Source of the DNA: Candidatus Obscuribacteraceae bacterium
GTDB taxonomy: Bacteria; Cyanobacteriota; Vampirovibrionia; Obscuribacterales; Obscuribacteraceae
Direction: 5' to 3'
Assembly: GCA_044226015.1 (NCBI GenBank)
Contig: JBGAHS010000008.1
Coordinates: 192,001-256,000, forward strand
Length of the DNA: 64,000 bases
In this document: piece after piece, positions 58,851-64,000 of the stretch
Layout: each line of letters opens with the position of its first letter
Position numbering within the stretch: position 1 is the stretch's first letter
Notes under the pieces: generated by a model
The model's input: only the letters and a program-made list of their open reading frames with translations
Told to the model about the DNA's origin: nothing
The model's database searches: none
Program-made: the position numbers and the translations under genes

Positions 58851-59776
58851 GGGATACCTAAAAATTTGTCGACCAAATAATTATATGTAAAACATGCGAT
58901 TTTGGCTAGCAAACAGTTAGTTACGCCTTCCCCCAAAAGTTGCTATCTGAAGGTTTTTCCAGCCACTGTAGCCTATTGTCAACACACCCAAAAACTACCC
59001 CTCTAATAACAAAAGAAAAGCGCTGAACGCCCTAAGCATCCTTTAGAACACATCACCGAAGCCGAAATCCCACGTATTGCAAGGTCCCCGGGATTCTAAA
59101 ATATGTAATCCAGCCAACAAACCAGGCGTATTCCGCATAGACAATATCTAACAACAAAAACTGTTCGCAACAACAGCCTTCGGCGCTCTCTAATTCCGGA
59201 TTTGTGCGACTTTCATTCTGCTCGCCCATTCAGATGAGTTGCCCACCAATCTGCTTAAGTCTTTGCCTGAAAGCTCCAGAAGGGTGGTCACCAAACAAAC
59301 TCTTCGGCTAGATTCGATCTGCCAACCTACACACATCTACTTGAAGCAGCATCGCAGCTTACAAAGATGAATCAGGAGCTGTGCAGAAGCTGAGCGCAAA
59401 ATGTACCCATTTTGGTGCAACCTTATGTTGGAATTCCTGTGAAAAAAGTTGGGATTGTCCAGCGCATGGCTCTCGCTTTTCAGGATCAGGTGAAGTTATA
59501 ACTGGTCCGGCAAACGAAAATTTGCCCGAAAGCAATAGCCCCTCCTAGCCCAAAAGGTGGCTTATGTAATTCACGTTCTATTGCAGAAAACCAACTACGC
59601 ATAGAAAGTAATGCACATTGCCACCACAAACCGTGATGAAAATTTAGACAATAGTCCGAAAGCGCATAAGTTTCTTCGGTTTCGTGAAATTAGATTGTAG
59701 GATTGATTTATGAACTACAGCATGCCGAATTTCTCGGGCACGATTAGCGCACCGGCTGTTAATCTCAGGAAGTCGA
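58851..59776. promoter_or_regulatory. 926-bp divergent intergenic/promoter region between gene B and cheB
   Basis: No credible ORF, more AT-rich than the giant genes, and flanked by two divergent start codons. Individual promoter elements could not be assigned. Confidence 0.5.
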
Positions 59777-60334
59777 ATGAAACCAGAAATAATTGTGATT
59801 GGAGCATCGCTTGGAGGACTGATGGCATTGGAAGAGTTGCTCGCAAACCTTGATGCTACAATGAGCGTTCCAATAGCCATCGTGCAACATCGCTGTAAAA
59901 ATGAAGGACAAAATTTACTAGCAGCACTGCTCCAAAAACACACATCGCTGACTGTTGTGGAAGCTAAAGATGATGACGAGCTGCGGGGTGGCACAGTCTT
60001 TATCGCGCCACCTGATTTACACTTAGTGGTTGAACGAGGACACTTCAACCTCTCTGAGGGCCCACCTGTGAATTACGCTCGCCCCAGTGTAGATCGTTTG
60101 TTCGAAAGCGCAGCCTACTCGTATGGCAGGGCTGCGCTTGGCATAGTACTAACGGGCGGCAACACGGATGGAGCAGTCGGCTCGCGTACAATCAAAGAGA
60201 ATGGTGGAACTGTGATTGTGCAAGAATTGGAAGAATGCGAAGACACACACATGCCGAGAGCAGCCCTCGCAGCAACCTCCGTTGATCGCATACTTAGATT
60301 GCGTGAGATTGCTGCACATCTAAACGCGCTATAA
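59777..60334 (+). CDS. cheB: Stand-alone CheB-type methylesterase (no receiver domain)
   Basis: Motifs IVIGASLGG (catalytic Ser), IVQHR (His), RPSVDRLFESAA, GIVLTGGNTDGA (Asp) and MPRAAL. AGGAAG RBS upstream. Confidence 0.93.
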   Translation: MKPEIIVIGASLGGLMALEELLANLDATMSVPIAIVQHRCKNEGQNLLAALLQKHTSLTVVEAKDDDELRGGTVFIAPPDLHLVVERGHFNLSEGPPVNYARPSVDRLFESAAYSYGRAALGIVLTGGNTDGAVGSRTIKENGGTVIVQELEECEDTHMPRAALAATSVDRILRLREIAAHLNAL

Positions 60335-60366
60335 GACAGTTTGTTGGCACGAATGCTCATCGATTG

Positions 60367-60455
60367 GAATGGATCAGTGCTATAGAGTAGATTGGATCAG
60401 AACTATAGAAAGATTGGATCAGAAATATAAGAAGATTGGATCAGAAATATAGAAG
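60367..60455. repeat. Four tandem 22-23-bp direct repeats (consensus GATTGGATCAGAAmTATAGAAr)
   Basis: GAATGGATCAGTGCTATAGAGTA (60367), GATTGGATCAGAACTATAGAAA (60390), GATTGGATCAGAAATATAAGAA (60412), GATTGGATCAGAAATATAGAAG (60434). Confidence 0.9.
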
Positions 60456-60505
60456 CACTGAAATAGAATAACTTGAGGATGAACGCCAAATAAAAATTTG
60501 GTCAA

Positions 60506-60778
60506 TTAAGCATCAGTCTTTTTCATCGCTTTAGTTATTATTTGGCGAAGTCGTTCCCATAACACATTCGCTTCATCGTCCTTCCCTCTCGAACTCAGAA
60601 ACTCAAAGTATTCAACTAATACCTGTCCAAGAAGTGGACTATCTTCACCGGCAATAGACTCCGCTAGACTTATGGACCTTTCAAATAGTTGCGTTGCTTC
60701 CTCGTCGAGCTGCTGCTGTGCAGATTCCTTCGCCCTTTCGACAAGGCTGAAAACCAATTGTTGCTTCGGAAGTTTCAT
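60506..60778 (-). CDS. Small TPR-like helical protein (~90 aa)
   Basis: EEATQLFERSISLAESIAGEDSPLLGQVL...RGKDDEANVLWER resembles kinesin-light-chain-type TPR repeats. Start uncertain (ATG 60778 or TTG 60811). Confidence 0.7.
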   Translation of the reverse strand: MKLPKQQLVFSLVERAKESAQQQLDEEATQLFERSISLAESIAGEDSPLLGQVLVEYFEFLSSRGKDDEANVLWERLRQIITKAMKKTDA

Positions 60779-60906
60779 TTTTTGCGACAAGCTATGCAAA
60801 ATAGCCTGCAAGAGAAGGGGCGAATGTAGCCGAAATACACGGAGAATTACCGCAAGCTATTTTCGCAGATTTGTAAACAGCATTGCAATTTTCACAAGAA
60901 CATTGA

Positions 60907-63099
60907 TTAAGGAAGCTCAGAACCATCCAGATTCACAAATCCTTTCTGACGGGCACGCTTTCCTTTTGCAATCGAGTCAATGATTAGCGCTACATTTTCT
61001 GCAGGACACAAGATACTTTCCCAAGTACACGACTGTGCTCCCAGACATTTCAACATTTCCTTATCCCGCTCCAATTGCAATAAAGCATCGGCTTGCATTA
61101 CGGTAACCAACTCCAGTTCCAAACTTGGAATCACGGGCAACCTCCTGTAGGCAAGCAAAATGCGGGTAGCAAACTCGTATTCCTCCTGGTACAGACCCGC
61201 CTCTTTAAGATCACTCAAAAGGAAACGCATATGATCTCTCTTGCTATGTTGGCTAAGGGATGGAATGCTGAGATCCGCTTTCCGCACGCAGTTCAGAAGC
61301 TGTTCCGTGGCAGCTGTTTTCCGCCTGAGGAAGTCCAACATGCATTGTTCTGACTCAAACCAATCAGCATAGTCTTTATAGGATGTGCGCGAGCGAAGCA
61401 CAGAATCACTTTCTGCAGCAATTTTTTCTCTAGCTAGCGTAAAGCAGTACTCCGCCAGGTCAACCTGACCGTGCCTCCTGGTGAAAAGGCACGCAGATAA
61501 CAAATCATCAGAGTCACTCATACTTTCAACAAGCTCATGAGCAAGTTTTTTGTCCCTCAATTCCATAAAGACACTTAGCATTCGCATGGCTAGGGCGTCA
61601 TTATCGCACGCATGAATTAGCGGCTCCAAAACCTTCACAGCTGCACCATCTTCTTTCAACGCATGCAAACTCTGAGCAGTACAAATCCTGGCATAAACAA
61701 TCTGTGTAGGAGTTATTTCGCGGGTTCGTCTTCTCTCTTCAGGAGAGACAGGATTTGGTATGTCGAGGTTGACCGCTATCGAGCCTTCAGGCAGTTGCTT
61801 ACCAGCAAGTGATTTTGCCTCAGCAATGCAATCTTTGTAGCGCTTTGCCAGAAACAAACAATCACATAGCGAAAGCTTGATGTAAGTCGGGTTATATAAC
61901 GCAGAGAGTTTTTGATTAAGTGCTCGCAATTCAAGAAGTTTGCCAATGGCGAGATCAAGCATTCCAGCTCGTCTTGCGGCTCTATACTCATCAAACATTT
62001 GTTGAACTTTCAACAAATTCGGATTCGTATTTCCCATTACCTTTATTCTGTTTTTTTGAAAGACTGCCAAACCTTGCTCAGAGTTTTTTGCTTCGATTTT
62101 GATTTCACTTTTGGCACGATCTCTCATTGCTTGAAAGCAAATCAGCGAAATTGCACCTAGCAGCAAAAAGCCCAGCCACGTAGCTGCAATCAGTTTATTT
62201 GTAATTAGATTCTTACCACGCCTGCCACTCCGACTGCCAGCTGAGACGAAATTGAAATCAGTAGAGTCTAGATCTGCGACGAACTCATCGACAGATTGAT
62301 ATCGCTGTTCAACAGATTTTGCCATCGCCTTTTGGAAGACAGCATTCAGTTTGCGAGCCGCAGGTTCTCGAGAATCCAAAAGCTCTGGAGCCGGGGTGTT
62401 TATGTGTTGATATAGCATTCCAATGGGATTGTCAGCCTGAAAAGGCAATTTGCCATGCAGCATTTCGTACAAGCACACAGCTAAAGAATAAATATCAGAA
62501 CGTGTATCCACTACTTTTCCTGCTGCCTGCTCGGGGCTCATGTAATTGGCCGTACCAATCAAAGTGCCAGTACCAGTCAAAGTTCTTGCAACCTCGTCTT
62601 TTAGAATTGAACGAGCCAAACCAAGATCGATTAGCTTGACCGTGTCAGACTCAGGCACATCTGTGAGAATAATATTCTCAGGCTTCAAATCTCGATGTAC
62701 GACTCCTTGCCCATGAATGGCGCTTAACCCGTTGCCAATTTGCCGAATCATGCGAACCACCGCCTGTAGTGGCAGGTGTTCTGCATGCTGCAACTTCGCG
62801 CGAAGGCTCGGACCTTCGATAAATTCCATTGTGATATAGCAAAATCCGGACGGGCTAACACCCATATGATAGATACGAACAACATTTAGATGGTCTATTC
62901 GACTGAGAAGATTCGCCTCGCGAATAAATCGCTCTTGTGAGTCGTCGTCTTGCATAAGTTCAGCATGGAGTATTTTCACCGCCACGATGCGATTGAGATC
63001 CAACTGACGAGCGCGAAAAACGGTGCCGTTTCCACCGCTACCAATGAGTTCAAGCAACTCATAGCGCTCATCAAAAATTTCGCCTACTTTAGGAAGCAT
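60907..63099 (-). CDS. Hanks-type (Pkn2-like) Ser/Thr protein kinase with a TM segment and a C-terminal helical/TPR-like domain
   Basis: Kinase motifs IGSGGNGTV, VAVK, HRDLKPEN, DLG (in place of DFG), GTANYMSPEQ and DIYSL. Hydrophobic LIAATWLGFLLLGAISLICF, followed by an ~400-aa helical region. Confidence 0.95.
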   Translation of the reverse strand: MLPKVGEIFDERYELLELIGSGGNGTVFRARQLDLNRIVAVKILHAELMQDDDSQERFIREANLLSRIDHLNVVRIYHMGVSPSGFCYITMEFIEGPSLRAKLQHAEHLPLQAVVRMIRQIGNGLSAIHGQGVVHRDLKPENIILTDVPESDTVKLIDLGLARSILKDEVARTLTGTGTLIGTANYMSPEQAAGKVVDTRSDIYSLAVCLYEMLHGKLPFQADNPIGMLYQHINTPAPELLDSREPAARKLNAVFQKAMAKSVEQRYQSVDEFVADLDSTDFNFVSAGSRSGRRGKNLITNKLIAATWLGFLLLGAISLICFQAMRDRAKSEIKIEAKNSEQGLAVFQKNRIKVMGNTNPNLLKVQQMFDEYRAARRAGMLDLAIGKLLELRALNQKLSALYNPTYIKLSLCDCLFLAKRYKDCIAEAKSLAGKQLPEGSIAVNLDIPNPVSPEERRRTREITPTQIVYARICTAQSLHALKEDGAAVKVLEPLIHACDNDALAMRMLSVFMELRDKKLAHELVESMSDSDDLLSACLFTRRHGQVDLAEYCFTLAREKIAAESDSVLRSRTSYKDYADWFESEQCMLDFLRRKTAATEQLLNCVRKADLSIPSLSQHSKRDHMRFLLSDLKEAGLYQEEYEFATRILLAYRRLPVIPSLELELVTVMQADALLQLERDKEMLKCLGAQSCTWESILCPAENVALIIDSIAKGKRARQKGFVNLDGSELP

Positions 63100-63278
63100 T
63101 TTCTCATACCATAATCAACGCCATATGATGACATACTCAATGAAAATTCTCTGCCACCTCTCTGACAATACTACGCAAACTCTTGACGACGAGCTTTCAA
63201 TCGCGAGAACCCAGGGGCTTCCAGCTGGGGCGACTTACTCTTAATTGCACTATTTCCAAAATACGAAAGAAACAAACG

Positions 63279-63311
63279 TAAAACCCGGCATTCCACGTCT
63301 GCCGGGTTTTA
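63279..63311. terminator. Terminator-like hairpin in a divergent intergenic region
   Basis: TAAAACCCGGCA-ttccacgtc-TGCCGGGTTTTA, a 12-bp perfect stem. On the - strand it runs into TTTTACGTTTGTTTCTTT. Confidence 0.65.
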
Positions 63312-63455
63312 TTCAGCATAAAACTCTTTTCCCACGTGACTGAAAGTCGTGCGACAATTTTGATATGCGCGCTCAAGACTGAGCGAATGTTACTTCTGGT
63401 TTCCGCGGAGTTTGGCCGAGATATCAGCACGTTTACGCCCCACACCGAACAAAAC

Positions 63456-63932
63456 ATGAAAGTCGCCGTATTAGCTGACACGCACATTCCGAAAAGAGCA
63501 AAGAAGCTGCCAGATGCAGCGGAGAGGCTTTTGCATTCCGCAGATTTGATAATTCACGCCGGCGATCTAATCAGCGAAGAATTCCTGGAGCAACTGCGAG
63601 ACATCGCTCCATTGCATGCAGTCTTAGGAAACAACGATAAAAATCTTGATTTGCCCGATAGCCTAGAACTTGAGCTAGAGGAAGTGAAGCTTGCGATCAT
63701 TCATGACTCAGGAAACAAAAAAGGTCGCGGCAAGCGCATGAGAAAGCTGTTTCCCGAAGCACAGATAGTTATTTTCGGACATTCTCATGTTCCAATGAAT
63801 CTGGACGAAGACGGAATACGGCTCTTTAACCCTGGGTCGCCTACCGACAAACGAATGCAGCCCGAAGCAACTATGGGGCTCATCAACTTGAATAAAGGAG
63901 AGTGGGATGCGAAGATCATTCCGCTTTCCTGA
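63456..63932 (+). CDS. Metallophosphoesterase, YfcE/MJ0936 family (158 aa)
   Basis: MKVAVLADTH (DxH), HAGD, GNND, IIH, GHSH and NPGS calcineurin-like motifs. The family-typical N-terminus fixes the start at ATG 63456 rather than GTG 63336. Confidence 0.92.
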   Translation: MKVAVLADTHIPKRAKKLPDAAERLLHSADLIIHAGDLISEEFLEQLRDIAPLHAVLGNNDKNLDLPDSLELELEEVKLAIIHDSGNKKGRGKRMRKLFPEAQIVIFGHSHVPMNLDEDGIRLFNPGSPTDKRMQPEATMGLINLNKGEWDAKIIPLS

Positions 63933-64000
63933 AATAAGAACGGGATGAAATGGACTTGGTGCTGCAATACGCTTTGTTGAGAATTGGGACGGCTTGAAAT

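Noticed and set aside
59505..59565. c-di-GMP-I riboswitch suggested by GGCAAAC...GAAA
   Set aside because: GGCAAA pairs directly with TTTGCC, and the GNRA-capped P2 stem and downstream GCAAAGC/P3 elements are missing.
60367..60455. Possible CRISPR array
   Set aside because: The repeats are directly adjacent with no unique spacers, and there are no cas genes.
63336..63455. 40-aa N-terminal extension of the phosphoesterase from GTG 63336
   Set aside because: Family homology begins at MKVAVLADTH (ATG 63456), and the extension looks non-coding.
59644..63967. Short ORFs antisense to or overlapping cheB, the kinase and the phosphoesterase (e.g. 59644-60048, 60672-60983, 63197-63487)
   Set aside because: They overlap motif-supported genes or the hairpin region, with no coding signal of their own.

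Overview
About 91% of this bacterial window is two convergent, paralogous giant genes. Gene A (<2..25390, +) is 5'-truncated and encodes >8,460 aa. Gene B (58850..25944, -) is complete and encodes 10,968 aa with an N-terminal signal peptide. Both are Gly/Ser/Thr/Asn/Ala-rich, essentially Cys-free repeat proteins resembling filamentous-haemagglutinin (FHA)-type beta-helical passengers. They share colinear internal modules and the same C-terminal architecture: cap, an invariant ITADPP motif, a low-complexity linker, and a conserved ~175-aa FecR-like domain with a basic helical tail. I see no TPS (NPNG) domain, autotransporter beta-barrel, RTX repeats or transporter gene, so the export/anchoring route is unexplained; this is the best candidate for an undescribed system. 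A small acidic Trp-rich ORF and a bidirectional terminator lie between the giants. The right end carries a stand-alone CheB methylesterase, four ~22-bp tandem repeats, a small TPR-like ORF, a membrane Ser/Thr kinase and a YfcE-type metallophosphoesterase. The gene style suggests Ca. Melainabacteria/Obscuribacterales, but that is an unverified impression. All domain calls are by eye, with no database searches.
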